From Armatimonadota bacterium (GTDB lineage: Bacteria; Armatimonadota; SYMT01), in contig JAWLHY010000016.1 in the NCBI GenBank assembly GCA_041690135.1, positions 96,001 to 160,000 of the forward strand: DNA of 64,000 bases, given 5' to 3'. The position numbers and the translations under genes are program-made. Positions 1 to 9,682 of the stretch are shown here, one piece after another. Positions within the stretch are counted from its first letter, which is position 1. Each line of letters opens with the position of its first letter. The notes beneath the pieces are model-generated. The model was not told the origin of the DNA. It did not search any database and was given only the letters and a program-made list of their open reading frames with translations.

Positions 1-104
1 GCAACGAGCGGATCCTGGGTCCCCTGCCCCATCGAGATCTGAGTCAGGCGTTCTTTAAGAACGTTCTGAATGCCGGCATCGATGTCTTCCGAGCGGATGG
101 GCAT
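1..104 (-). CDS. 5' part of a hypothetical protein running off the window edge
   Basis: ATG at 104 (MPIRSEDIDAGIQNVLKERLTQ...), frame open to position 1, 16 nt downstream of the DUF1552 stop. Confidence 0.45.
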   Translation of the reverse strand, partial: MPIRSEDIDAGIQNVLKERLTQISMGQGTQDPLV

Positions 105-120
105 GGTGGAATCCGCGTTC

Positions 121-1425
121 TCACACCTCCGCGAGTGGCTCCGCCGAGTCGCCGAACCGCTCGAGGCGGATGCCGCACCGGTCCAGCATCGAGAGATAGA
201 GGCTGCACATCTTGCGGTTGGGCTTGCCAAGGAAGTCCAGCACGCGCCCGCCCCGGATTCGGCCGCCGCCTCCCCCCAGCAGGACCACGGGAAGCTGGGT
301 GGCCTCGTGGTTGCCCGTGAGCATGCTGGAACAGTAGAGTAGCATGGAGTTGTCCAGCGCCGTCCGATCCCCCTCCTGGATCGCGTCCAGCTTCCGGGCG
401 ATATAGGCCACCTGTTCCAGGAAGAACTGGTTCACCTTCAGCCAGTCCGGCGTATCGCTGTGGGAGAGCAGGTGGTGGATCATGTAGTCCACGTTCAGGT
501 GCGGGAAGCGCATGGCGCTGTGGTCGTTGTTCAGCTTGAGGGTGCAGACCCGCGTGGTGTCCGTCTGGAACGCCAGGACAAGGATGTCGCACATCAGCCG
601 CATGTGCTCGGCGACGTTCTCCGGCACCCCGTCCGGCGGGCGCGGAATGTTCGGCTTGTCCAGGGTCGGCTTCCAACCGTGGGTCTGTCCCTGTTTCCCC
701 GCCTGTTCGATCCGCTGCTCCACGTCCCGGACGGAGGCGAGGTACTCGTCCAGCTTCGCCCGATCCGCGCTGGTGATCTTCCCCCGGAAACTGCGAGCGT
801 CTTCGAGCACCGCGTCCAGCACGCTCTTCTCTCCGCGCTGCAGACCGTTGTTGAAAAGGCGGTCGAAGGCCAGGGCCGGGTACAGCTCCAGCGGCGTGGG
901 CGTGGTCGGGCTGCTCCAAGAGATGTGGGAGCTGTAGAGCATCGAGTAGTTCTTGTGGATGCTGGGGTTTGACTTCTCACACCCGAGGACGAGGCTGGAG
1001 ACCTTGGTCGAGCGCCCGTACCGCTGCGCAATCAGCTGGTCGACGCTGGTACCGGAGCGGATCTCGCCTCCTGAGGCGAGCGGAGCGCCGGAGAGCAGAT
1101 TGCCGGTCTGCGAGCTGTGGATGTTCCCCTTGAGGGCTTCTTCGTTGTAAAGCCCCCGGATGAAGAGGAGCTTCTCCCGGTGCGGGTGCAGCGGCGCCAG
1201 GACCTTCCCCAACTCCATCTGCTTCCCCTCGCCCTTCGCCCACCATTCACGGCTGTGGAAGCCGTTCCCGGAGAACAGCACCGCCAGCCGCACGGGCGCC
1301 TCGCTTCCCGGCGTCCGCGGCCGGGCCTCGTCGCCCCAAACCGGAAGCGACTCCAACCACGGCAGTGCCATGGTCACGCCGGCGCCGCGCAGGAAGGCTC
1401 TTCGACTGAAGTGGTGAGTGTTCAT
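121..1425 (-). CDS. DUF1552 domain protein (Tat-exported)
   Basis: SRRAFLRGAGVTMALPWLESL N-terminus; LAFQTDTTRV, HxLSH and LDNSMLLYCSSM motifs; directly follows a DUF1592 gene. Confidence 0.9.
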   Translation of the reverse strand: MNTHHFSRRAFLRGAGVTMALPWLESLPVWGDEARPRTPGSEAPVRLAVLFSGNGFHSREWWAKGEGKQMELGKVLAPLHPHREKLLFIRGLYNEEALKGNIHSSQTGNLLSGAPLASGGEIRSGTSVDQLIAQRYGRSTKVSSLVLGCEKSNPSIHKNYSMLYSSHISWSSPTTPTPLELYPALAFDRLFNNGLQRGEKSVLDAVLEDARSFRGKITSADRAKLDEYLASVRDVEQRIEQAGKQGQTHGWKPTLDKPNIPRPPDGVPENVAEHMRLMCDILVLAFQTDTTRVCTLKLNNDHSAMRFPHLNVDYMIHHLLSHSDTPDWLKVNQFFLEQVAYIARKLDAIQEGDRTALDNSMLLYCSSMLTGNHEATQLPVVLLGGGGGRIRGGRVLDFLGKPNRKMCSLYLSMLDRCGIRLERFGDSAEPLAEV

Positions 1426-1429
1426 CGGA

Positions 1430-4400
1430 TTATCTCTTGTATTGAAATTGCCGGCTCTGGACGATCAGGTCCACGGCGACGGAGAACCGGTACCCCTGCT
1501 TCGCGAGTTTCCGTTCCATCGCCTCAAGGAGGGGTTGGTCGGAGAGCTGGACGGCACGTCCGAGCGAGTAGCCCAGCAGCTTGCGGCAGAACTGGCGCAG
1601 GACCGTATCCCGCCGTTTCTGGACGAGATAGGTTCTCAAGCCGTCCAACCCGTCGATTTGCTGCCCGTCAGGAGTCTCCGCTCGCGTGTCGACCGGGCGG
1701 TTGCCAAGGTCGGTCTTGCGGCTGCGACCGATGGCGTCGAAACCCTCCAGCGAGAAGCCGAACGGATCGATTCGCACATGGCAGCCGGAGCACTTGGGAT
1801 CCGAGGTGTGCCGGACCACGAGTTGCCGCATGGTGAGGCCTTCGGTGGCCGTCTCGTCTTCCGGCAAGGGCGGCACGTTCTTCGGGGGCCGCGGAAGCCG
1901 CTCGCCCAACAACACCTCGCTGACCCAGTTGCCCCGCAGGATGGGACTTGTCCGCGAGGCTCCGGACTGCTTCGCCAGGGTCGCCGCAAGGCCGAGAACC
2001 CCGCCGCGCCCCCGGCTACGCATGCCTTCCACGCGCTGCCAGGTGTCCGCTTTCAGGCCGGAGAGGCCCGGCAGTCCGTAGAACCTGGCGAGCCGTCCGT
2101 TTACGAAGGTGTGGTCGGCATCGAAGAGGCTGAGGACGGAGCCGTCGCGCTGGAACAGGTCGGTGAAGAAACGGATGGCTTCCTCATACATGTCCTGGCG
2201 CAGGACGGCGAATTCCGGGAAGTGCCGCTCGCTCTTTTCGTCCAGAGCATCGAACTCGTAGATCTGGAGCCACTGGCACGCGAACTCGGTCGCCAACCGG
2301 CGGGCGCGCGGGTCTTTCAGCATCCGGCGGGTCTGCGCGGTGAGGACCTCCGGTTTCCGAAGCGTGCCGGAAGCGGCCACGGCCCGGAGCCGTTCATCCG
2401 GCGGTGAGGACCAGAGGAAGTAGCTGAGGCGGGTTGCCAGCTCCCAGTCGGATACGGGCGCGGGACCGGGACCGGCCGGCGCCGTCTCCAGGCGGTAGAG
2501 GAAGGCGGGGGCGGTGAAGATGCGGGCCAGGGTGAGCCGGAACGCCTCGTCGTGCGGCAGTTCTTCCGCGCGCAGCCGGGCGTAAAGGCCCCGCAACTCC
2601 GTGGTTTCGGCAGGGGTCAGCGGGCGCCGGTAGGCACGCGCGGCAAACCGGGTCAGGTGGTCCAACTGCCGGGGTTCAGCGGCGACCAATTCCTTCCGGA
2701 AGGCGTCGGCCCCTGCGTACACCGGCTGCTTGAGCAGCTTGAAGGCCTCCACGAGGTCGGGACGGTCCTGGGTGGCGAACTCGACGATCTGCTCGTAGGC
2801 GTTCACCAGCTTCAGCGGCGCCTGGCTCACCCAGCGGAGCTCGGCCCAAAGGCGGTCCAGATCGCGGGCCTCGGCGTCCGTCAACATCAGACGCCGAAGC
2901 GGCTCGTCCTCCCGGTAGAAGAGCGTGAGAGTGACGACTTCGTCTGTCGGGACGATCTTCGGATAGCAGAGCGCGGCGGGGAATAGCGCGCGGAAGTCCG
3001 CGAAGGCCGTCTCGAACCGTTTTCCGGCGGGACTGCCGGCCCGCACGACCACCGGCGTGCCCGGAAGCAGGCTTCCCAGGCCGTCGCGAGCGGACCGCAC
3101 CTCCATCTGGACACTGGCGTCCATCCCGGCCTCCGGATGGAGTGATGCGGTGGTCGCCAACTCCGCGCCGGCGGCGAGCTCCGCGGGAAGACGCACTTCC
3201 AGCACGGAAGGCGCGCGGACACAGAGGCTGGCCGGGTCCACCGTCTTCCCCGCAGGGTGCTTGCCGAACAGGGACGGGTCCAACCCCAGGACGCCTACGC
3301 CTTCCAATGACGGACGCGCGGTGACGGGCTTTGCCGCGAACTCCCGCCAGACGGAAGACAGCAGCGGGCCGGTGAAAGCGCGCAACTGGCGGTAGAGCGC
3401 CACATCCGGCGATTCGGGGTTCTGGCCGGGCGGCGGTCCCTCAACCAGGAGTTTCTGAAGCGCGGCGGCCAGAGGGAGGCGCTCCGCGGTCGTTTGGGCG
3501 GACTGCCAGCGTGCCAGCAGCGATCCCGCCGGGATGGATGAGACCGGCTCCGCCCCGTCCACCGGTTCCGAGTAGAAGTGCCACACGCCCGCGTTCCCGA
3601 GGCGGTCCGCGTGCGGGTTCCCGTCGAGCACGTTGTCGGCCACATCGCGGGTGAGGCTCCACTCGGAGGCTTTGGGTTCGCCCTCCGCTGACCGGATCCG
3701 GAACTCCAGGTCCGTCAGATCGCAGGAATGGTTCCGGTCTCGGGGGCCGATCACGAGCGACAGCAGGTCCCCCGGGCGAATGGCCACCGGCTCTGTCACG
3801 GTGAAGGGAGCTGCCTGGGCGGCGTGGGCCGTGCCTGCCGCCAGGCGTCGACGCATGCCGCCGCGCCGGAGTTCTAGCGACCAGGTGACGCCGTTTCCGC
3901 ACTCCGGGTGAGCGTGGGTCACCTTGCCGTCGATCCGCACCGCCCCTCGCAGGGGGCTCCGCCAGCCGACGCAGGCGGAAAGCGTGGGCGTGGGATGGAC
4001 GAACACGCCGTGCGGCTTCGCGTGGCCGGGTATACGGACCGCCTGGTCCGACGCGTTGGTGAGCAGGCTGGGAAGGTCCGGCGAGCCCCAGCCATTGATG
4101 AAGGGATGCCCTCCGCCGCTCGTGAGCTTCGTGCGGAAGTAGGTGAGGTTCAGCGGGGCATTCACCCCGATACCCAGCGTCTCGAGCCAGGGATTCAGCT
4201 CGGCGGTCCGGACCCCAAAGCGTTCCGCGAGTTGCGCCACCGCGGTTTCGCTCTCCTCCCGGGTGGCCGCATTCGCCGCCGCAAGCGCCTTCGCGGTGGC
4301 CGCAAAGAGCTGCTTCCGGCGGGCCAGCAGCTCTCCCGTGAGAGCGCGCACATCCCGCAGGGGCAGGTCCGGCCGGCCGGGCGCGACTAGGCGCGGCTGC

Positions 4401-5635
4401 CCCCACACGGCGTAGTCCTCGGCGCTGCCGTCTCCGGCATCACGCGCCGTGAGGTAGAGCGTGACAGGGCTACCGTCCGGGGAAGCCGGTACTTTATAGC
4501 GGACCTCCCGGCGCTCCACCAGCGGCGTTACCGGCTCCTGCCACCTCGTGGGGCCTCCCGCACGGCCGATGTGACCGACCGTGGTGAACCGCCAGAGCGC
4601 CCGCTGCCAGTCCGCAATGGCGGCGGTCAGCGAGGAGGCGTCCCCGGGCCTGGCCGCACTCCACCGGGCGCGAAGGTCGTCGAGCAGCAGCGAGGGCTTT
4701 CGGTCGTGCAGCGCGTTCCAGAGGAGGACCAGGTACTTCGCGCTCAGGCTCCGCTCCGCCGCAATCGCTGCCAGGCTCTTCTTGCCGGATCGCAGCGCCT
4801 CCCGCTCTTCCAGCAGCGCCGCCAGGTAGCGTTCCACCGGCAGGCGTCCGCCCTCGTTGGTCTGGATAACGATCCCCTGCAGGTTGACGGAAGTCCCCTG
4901 GCCCGCGTCCGTGTAGCGCTGGTAAAGGGCGCGGATCCGGTCGAGCGCCTCGTTGGTCCAGTCGCTGCGGCTGGTGGACGGCGCAAAGCGGAATCCCTCC
5001 GGCAGGAGCTGCGCGTGGCGGGCGATCTCCTTGCCGGCATCGAAGTACTTCGTGAGGAGCGCGGGCGACATCACAAGCGAGCCGCCTGTATTGGTGAAGC
5101 CTTCCCCGGCCGCGCCATCCGCGGGAAAGTCGCGGGCGGGGTCCAGGTCGATGCCGGTGAGCTCGCGGATGGTGTAGGTGTACTCGGCATTGTTCAGCCG
5201 CCGCAGCACCACCGGCCCCGGGTCGCCCGCGTTGGCGAGGGCCTCGGCGTCCAGGTAGCGCTCGACCCAGCCGGTGAGACGCTGTCGCTGCGCGGGAGTG
5301 GGCTGACGGGCACCCCTGGGGGGCATTTCGCCGTCGTGCATGATCTCGGCGACCCGCATCCAGGCTTTGGGGTCCCGGCGCACGGCGGCCAGCGTGCCGA
5401 ACCGCTCCAGGTCCAGCTCGCCCGCCCGCTTCGCCGTGGAGTGGCAGCCGGTGCAGTACCGGCGCAGTACAGGCAGGATCTCGCGAGAGTACTCGACACC
5501 CAGGGCCTGGAAGGCAGGCGTCCCCCTGGCCGCTGGGGTTGTCGCCCTGGCGGCCCGCTTCGGCCCCCCACCGGCCGCCGCCACCCCGCAGCCCAGGAAA
5601 ATCGTCAACCCCACTGCCGCCTGTAGACGCCGCAC
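1430..5635 (-). CDS. Planctomycete-type cytochrome c / DUF1587-DUF1592-DUF1588-DUF1585 protein
   Basis: Signal peptide; CTGCH and CSGCH heme motifs; LRRLNNAEY, LATRLSYFLWSSPPD, TSPILRGNWV, GFSLEGFDAIGR. Confidence 0.9.
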   Translation of the reverse strand: MRRLQAAVGLTIFLGCGVAAAGGGPKRAARATTPAARGTPAFQALGVEYSREILPVLRRYCTGCHSTAKRAGELDLERFGTLAAVRRDPKAWMRVAEIMHDGEMPPRGARQPTPAQRQRLTGWVERYLDAEALANAGDPGPVVLRRLNNAEYTYTIRELTGIDLDPARDFPADGAAGEGFTNTGGSLVMSPALLTKYFDAGKEIARHAQLLPEGFRFAPSTSRSDWTNEALDRIRALYQRYTDAGQGTSVNLQGIVIQTNEGGRLPVERYLAALLEEREALRSGKKSLAAIAAERSLSAKYLVLLWNALHDRKPSLLLDDLRARWSAARPGDASSLTAAIADWQRALWRFTTVGHIGRAGGPTRWQEPVTPLVERREVRYKVPASPDGSPVTLYLTARDAGDGSAEDYAVWGQPRLVAPGRPDLPLRDVRALTGELLARRKQLFAATAKALAAANAATREESETAVAQLAERFGVRTAELNPWLETLGIGVNAPLNLTYFRTKLTSGGGHPFINGWGSPDLPSLLTNASDQAVRIPGHAKPHGVFVHPTPTLSACVGWRSPLRGAVRIDGKVTHAHPECGNGVTWSLELRRGGMRRRLAAGTAHAAQAAPFTVTEPVAIRPGDLLSLVIGPRDRNHSCDLTDLEFRIRSAEGEPKASEWSLTRDVADNVLDGNPHADRLGNAGVWHFYSEPVDGAEPVSSIPAGSLLARWQSAQTTAERLPLAAALQKLLVEGPPPGQNPESPDVALYRQLRAFTGPLLSSVWREFAAKPVTARPSLEGVGVLGLDPSLFGKHPAGKTVDPASLCVRAPSVLEVRLPAELAAGAELATTASLHPEAGMDASVQMEVRSARDGLGSLLPGTPVVVRAGSPAGKRFETAFADFRALFPAALCYPKIVPTDEVVTLTLFYREDEPLRRLMLTDAEARDLDRLWAELRWVSQAPLKLVNAYEQIVEFATQDRPDLVEAFKLLKQPVYAGADAFRKELVAAEPRQLDHLTRFAARAYRRPLTPAETTELRGLYARLRAEELPHDEAFRLTLARIFTAPAFLYRLETAPAGPGPAPVSDWELATRLSYFLWSSPPDERLRAVAASGTLRKPEVLTAQTRRMLKDPRARRLATEFACQWLQIYEFDALDEKSERHFPEFAVLRQDMYEEAIRFFTDLFQRDGSVLSLFDADHTFVNGRLARFYGLPGLSGLKADTWQRVEGMRSRGRGGVLGLAATLAKQSGASRTSPILRGNWVSEVLLGERLPRPPKNVPPLPEDETATEGLTMRQLVVRHTSDPKCSGCHVRIDPFGFSLEGFDAIGRSRKTDLGNRPVDTRAETPDGQQIDGLDGLRTYLVQKRRDTVLRQFCRKLLGYSLGRAVQLSDQPLLEAMERKLAKQGYRFSVAVDLIVQSRQFQYKR

Positions 5636-5875
5636 CCCGCCCCCTTTCCCAGGCGCTCCACTGCACCTTAGCTGTTAGTGAGTGTCCCTATCCGAGACGG
5701 GTTTCGGCTTTATCTCGCTGGCGAGGGCTTACTGAACGGTCGGAGGATATTGTCAGCGCCATCGGGCCCGCATTGGACAGCGGACCGAACTGAACCTGCA
5801 ATAACCAACATACTGCTGCAGTCCGCTGCAACCAACTCCCTTCAGTGCATCGCCACATTGGGTATACTACAGGTT

Positions 5876-6103
5876 ATGGACGCGCTACTTTCCCGTATCA
5901 CGATTGACCCGACTATCTGCCACGGCAAGCCGTGCATCCGCGGCCTTCGCTACCCCGTGGAAGTGCTGCTGGATCTTCTAAGCTCCGGGATGAGTCCAGA
6001 GGAGATACTTGCGGACTATGAAGACCTGGAGCCAGATGACCTGCGTGCGGTTACGGCCTATGCGGCCAGAATTGTTCGGACTCGCCGTCTCCAGCCGGTT
6101 TGA
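5876..6103 (+). CDS. DUF433 family antitoxin
   Basis: RITIDPTICHGKPCIRGLRYPV...EEILADYEDL; start moved to ATG 5876; overlaps the PIN gene. Confidence 0.9.
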   Translation: MDALLSRITIDPTICHGKPCIRGLRYPVEVLLDLLSSGMSPEEILADYEDLEPDDLRAVTAYAARIVRTRRLQPV

Positions 6104-6459
6104 CCGTGAAGTTCATAATTGATGCCCATATCCCGCGAAGAGTGGCCACCTGGCTGGTTGCATCCGGACATGATGCGATCCACACGCTGGATCTGCCGGA
6201 TGGCAATCGAACCACGGACGAGCAGATTAATGACCTAGCGGAGAGGGAGGACAGGGTCGTGGTAACGAAGGATGCGGACTTTGTGGATTCGCATCTCCTT
6301 CGAGGACGGCCACCGAGGTTGCTGCTGATATCGACGGGAAATATCAACAACCGCGAGTTAGAAGCACTCCTGGCACCGCTTATTCCCGCTGTCGTGAGTG
6401 AGTTTTACTCTAACTCCTTCCTTGAATTGGGTAGGGCTGGTCTAGTGGTGCGCGGGTAG
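6100..6459 (+). CDS. DUF5615 PIN-like toxin (VapC45-like)
   Basis: KFIIDAHIP...GHDAIH...D..I...A..EDRVVVTKDADF; coupled to DUF433. Confidence 0.88.
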   Translation: MTVKFIIDAHIPRRVATWLVASGHDAIHTLDLPDGNRTTDEQINDLAEREDRVVVTKDADFVDSHLLRGRPPRLLLISTGNINNRELEALLAPLIPAVVSEFYSNSFLELGRAGLVVRG

Positions 6460-6666
6460 GACCCTTGGAAATGGGATGCTACGCTTTCGACCGTACCTGC
6501 TGCCCGGCAGGATCAAAGGTGGAGCCGGTGATCTGTGCCAGCTGGGCGACCCGCTCCAACAGTATAGGGGCGATTGTCTGCAAGTAGTGACTTCCGGTTC
6601 ATCCTCCATCCGACACCTCCGAGGGTCGCGGTCAGCATAGCCCTTGCACACCAGTCGCAGGTGCGC

Positions 6667-7086
6667 TCAGAGGCGCACCATGGCTCTCCACTCGACCAGC
6701 GTCAATCCTAACGACGCCGCCACGATGCTGTCTTCAATGTATGCGAGTGCGGGCAAGAGTTCCTCGGGGCGATGAGCCGGGTAGTGGCGGATTGCAGGGC
6801 TGTCCTGCCGCTGCAGCCGGCCCTGGTAACGGGTGGTTCCAACCAGCACCGTCAATTTGCAGCGATGCCCGGCCCAGTCCAACTGCACCAAATCGCGTCC
6901 CAATTCAGGCGCACCTACCCTGTAACCCAGCGACCCGACACAGGTCGTCAGCGAGTCGGGAAGCCGGCGCACCCATGGACACCCGACCAGGGCGCGTACT
7001 GAAGCCAGGAGCTCCGCTGGGTAAACGGAGCCTTCACTATCCCGTTCGAGCTGGGACAGGCGGGCCTCAAAGCTCTCCGGTGTCAC
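6667..7086 (-). CDS. hypothetical protein
   Basis: 139-aa ORF overlapping the exonuclease stop; protein-like composition. Confidence 0.55.
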   Translation of the reverse strand: MTPESFEARLSQLERDSEGSVYPAELLASVRALVGCPWVRRLPDSLTTCVGSLGYRVGAPELGRDLVQLDWAGHRCKLTVLVGTTRYQGRLQRQDSPAIRHYPAHRPEELLPALAYIEDSIVAASLGLTLVEWRAMVRL

Positions 7087-7636
7087 GGCGGCTTCCGTTC
7101 AGGAGCGAGCACAGCAGCCGGGCGATGTTCCAGGCATCATCGTCGCCGCGGTGGTGGGTGCCTTCCAGCTTGAGGCCAAGCCGACCGAACGCCTCGCCCA
7201 GCCCCAGCTCCCGCCGGGATCCCGTGGCGACGGCGAACAGCGTCTTCACGTTCAGGTGGCTCGTCCCAAAGGGATAACCTACGCCTTGCTCTTTGCAGAC
7301 CCGTTCGAACTGGCGGCGGTCGTAGTCTCCCCAACTGGCCCAGAGGCGGTCCTGGGAGTGGTACTCCTGCTTCAGGATGCGGACGGCATCGGCCAGGGTG
7401 CCGGCATCCTTCAGATGGTCCGCGGTCAGGGTGGTGAGCTGCGTGCAGAAGGGGCTGACCTCGGAGCGGACCGGTTTGATCAGGATGCTGCGCTTCTCAC
7501 CCCGCTCCAGGGTAGATACATCCACGGTGCAGAGACCGATTTCGATGATCTCGCTGACCTGCCCGGGCGGCGGGTTGCCCTCCCAGCAGGTAGATTCCAG
7601 ATCGATTACCAGGATTTGGTCCAATCGTTTGGCCAA
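7067..7636 (-). CDS. DEDDh 3'-5' exonuclease (ERI-1/KapD-like)
   Basis: VIDLESTCW, EIIEIG, SWGDYD, HHRGDDDAWN motifs. Confidence 0.9.
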   Translation of the reverse strand: MAKRLDQILVIDLESTCWEGNPPPGQVSEIIEIGLCTVDVSTLERGEKRSILIKPVRSEVSPFCTQLTTLTADHLKDAGTLADAVRILKQEYHSQDRLWASWGDYDRRQFERVCKEQGVGYPFGTSHLNVKTLFAVATGSRRELGLGEAFGRLGLKLEGTHHRGDDDAWNIARLLCSLLNGSRRDTGEL

Positions 7637-7808
7637 TTCGATTACCCCACAACTAATGAGAGAGAGGATTGCCCGCGGAATACGCGAGCCTGCCCGTATG
7701 GGAAGGACGCGGAAAGGTTGGGAAAGAGCTGACGGGTAACTTCGGGCGCTTTATCGGAAAATCGGGCACTGTCCCGCCTACCTCCGGCGCGCGTCAAGTG
7801 GGAAGCAG

Positions 7809-8174
7809 ATGCGGATTGGATCGATTGTTATCAATTGCAGCGACTTCGAGGCGATGCTTCGCTTCTGGCAGGAGGCGCTTCACTACGTGCCGCGAGAGCC
7901 GCCTTCGGATGGCTGGGTCGTCCTGTGCGACCCCCGCGGCCCCAACGTGAATGTCTCGCTTCAGCAGGTTACGGAGCCGCGTGTCGAGCGGAACCGCCTC
8001 CACCTGGACCTTTACACCTCCGACCGGGAGGCCGAAGTCGCGCGCCTTCTGGCATTGGGCGCCACGCGGCACCCGCGCCACGCTGACCCGGATGAAGACT
8101 TTGTCGTTCTGGCCGACCCGGATGGTAATCTCTTTTGCGTGGTCGAAAAACTCCCGGTCAGCGGACCAGTTTGA
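7809..8174 (+). CDS. VOC/glyoxalase family protein
   Basis: NRLHLDL...EVARLLALGA...VVLADPDGNLFCV. Confidence 0.9.
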   Translation: MRIGSIVINCSDFEAMLRFWQEALHYVPREPPSDGWVVLCDPRGPNVNVSLQQVTEPRVERNRLHLDLYTSDREAEVARLLALGATRHPRHADPDEDFVVLADPDGNLFCVVEKLPVSGPV

Positions 8175-9222
8175 AAGTGGCGCGGCGGACGCTGAAGCTG
8201 TCTTCCCCCGAAAAGACCAGGTGTGCGGTCCGCCCGTCTTCGCTCATCCATTTCGAGGGGAAGTCCCCGTGTTCGCCCGGGCCGACGTCCCACTTCGGAG
8301 TATGGAATGCGGTGGTCCAGGGGCCCCACGGTTCGGGAGCGTCGTAGACGGCAAAACCGCCTTCGAACCGGGTGTCGCCGCGGTCCCGGTGCCCCGGCGG
8401 CTGCGGGATCTGCTGCCACCACAGATAGCGCTTCAGGCCGGCGTTGTACGTCATTGCGGACCGGAGGCAGCCATCCCGGTGGTAGAAGACACCAGCGCGC
8501 TGCTGGATATCGCGGGTCCAGCGGGGGCGCTGTTTCGCATCGAAGCCGGCAAAGAACTCCCAGTCGGACCGCTCGGTCAGCTTCTCACGCGGCGCGCGCA
8601 TCAGAATGAAGCGGTCCGCGGGGGTATCTGCCAGCGGGCCGTCGTGGGAGTAGGCATAGACCCAGGCGTCACGCGCGCCGGCGTAGTCCTTTCCGTAGTT
8701 GACGAAACCCACCAGGCCGAACTCCGGAAACTTCCAGTCGGCGAAGGTCCAGGTGCGCGCGTGGTCCCGGGACCAGGCGAGTTGCGCGGTCCCGCCCTTC
8801 TGGTCCGCGTGTCCTAACCAGAGGTAGAGCGTTCCGGCCACGGAAAGGATCCCCCACCCCTTCTTGCCGTTACGCCCTTGCCCGATTTGCTCGGCATCCG
8901 ACCGCACATTGGTCCCTGTAAAATCGGTCGGAGATCCGGTGACCCGCGCGAAGCCGCAACTCAGTTTCTTCTCCACCCTGGGCACAAAGCCCGTGCCGTC
9001 GCCCCAGGTGGTGTAAAGCGCGTCGTCGTCGGCCCAGGTTACGGGCCAGTTGTCTCCGTCCTTCGCTTTCCGGACGATGCTCTCTACCGGCGCCCACTCC
9101 ACCGCCCGGATAACCGGACTGGGTGGGTAGGGTGGTTTCGGAGCTTCGGTGCCTGCCTGGGTGGCTACCGCAAGGGAGGCCATCCCCAGCAGCAAGGAGC
9201 CCACCGCTAACCGGATCCACAT
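8158..9222 (-). CDS. secreted beta-propeller protein (DUF4185-like)
   Basis: Start at MWIRLAVGSLLLG signal peptide; GDNWPVTWADDD, YDAPEPWGPW, FPSKWMS motifs. Confidence 0.7.
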   Translation of the reverse strand: MWIRLAVGSLLLGMASLAVATQAGTEAPKPPYPPSPVIRAVEWAPVESIVRKAKDGDNWPVTWADDDALYTTWGDGTGFVPRVEKKLSCGFARVTGSPTDFTGTNVRSDAEQIGQGRNGKKGWGILSVAGTLYLWLGHADQKGGTAQLAWSRDHARTWTFADWKFPEFGLVGFVNYGKDYAGARDAWVYAYSHDGPLADTPADRFILMRAPREKLTERSDWEFFAGFDAKQRPRWTRDIQQRAGVFYHRDGCLRSAMTYNAGLKRYLWWQQIPQPPGHRDRGDTRFEGGFAVYDAPEPWGPWTTAFHTPKWDVGPGEHGDFPSKWMSEDGRTAHLVFSGEDSFSVRRATFKLVR

Positions 9223-9328
9223 TTCCCTGTTCCTTCTGCCCTTGCCGGTGCTCGGCGAAAAAGCACGCCACTTCTGTGTTAGCACGGTAATGGTCAATTG
9301 CCCTGGAACGGCTCTTTTAGACGAGAGA

Positions 9329-9357
9329 TTGCCCGCTTTCTCTCGATCCTGTATGAT
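9329..9357 (+). promoter_or_regulatory. sigma70-type promoter
   Basis: TTGCCC-N17-TATGAT, ending 6 nt before ATG 9364. Confidence 0.6.
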
Positions 9358-9363
9358 AGCCGC

Positions 9364-9594
9364 ATGAAACCTGAAACTCACACTCAATGCCTGTTGCGGC
9401 GAGGCGCGTTGCAACAGGTCGCCTGGGTTCCCAGCGCCTTTGCCCGCGAAGGGTTGACGGTCAAAGTTCAGAACGATGACGACAGTTGGGACCCGGGCTG
9501 GCAGGTAGCCGCCCGCTACACCACGCTCCCCACAACCACCGTGAAGGAGCGGAGCCGGGACTGCGAGCGGACTCGCAAGGCGAGCGACCGTTAG
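9364..9594 (+). CDS. small hypothetical protein (76 aa), probably leaderless
   Basis: MKPETHTQCLLRRG...QVAWVPSAFA...ERSRD..RTRKASD; good promoter directly upstream. Confidence 0.65.
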   Translation: MKPETHTQCLLRRGALQQVAWVPSAFAREGLTVKVQNDDDSWDPGWQVAARYTTLPTTTVKERSRDCERTRKASDR

Positions 9595-9682
9595 GCATTC
9601 CGGCGTCTCCCCGGTATAGCCGGGGAGACGCTTTCGCCGTACCACTTCTCGCGCATCCCTGCTGATTTCCGGAGGGTGGACG

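Noticed and set aside
6460-6660. Possible small or frameshifted minus-strand ORF (..YLQTIAPILLERVAQLAQ..)
   Set aside because: No coherent start and frame; no recognisable family
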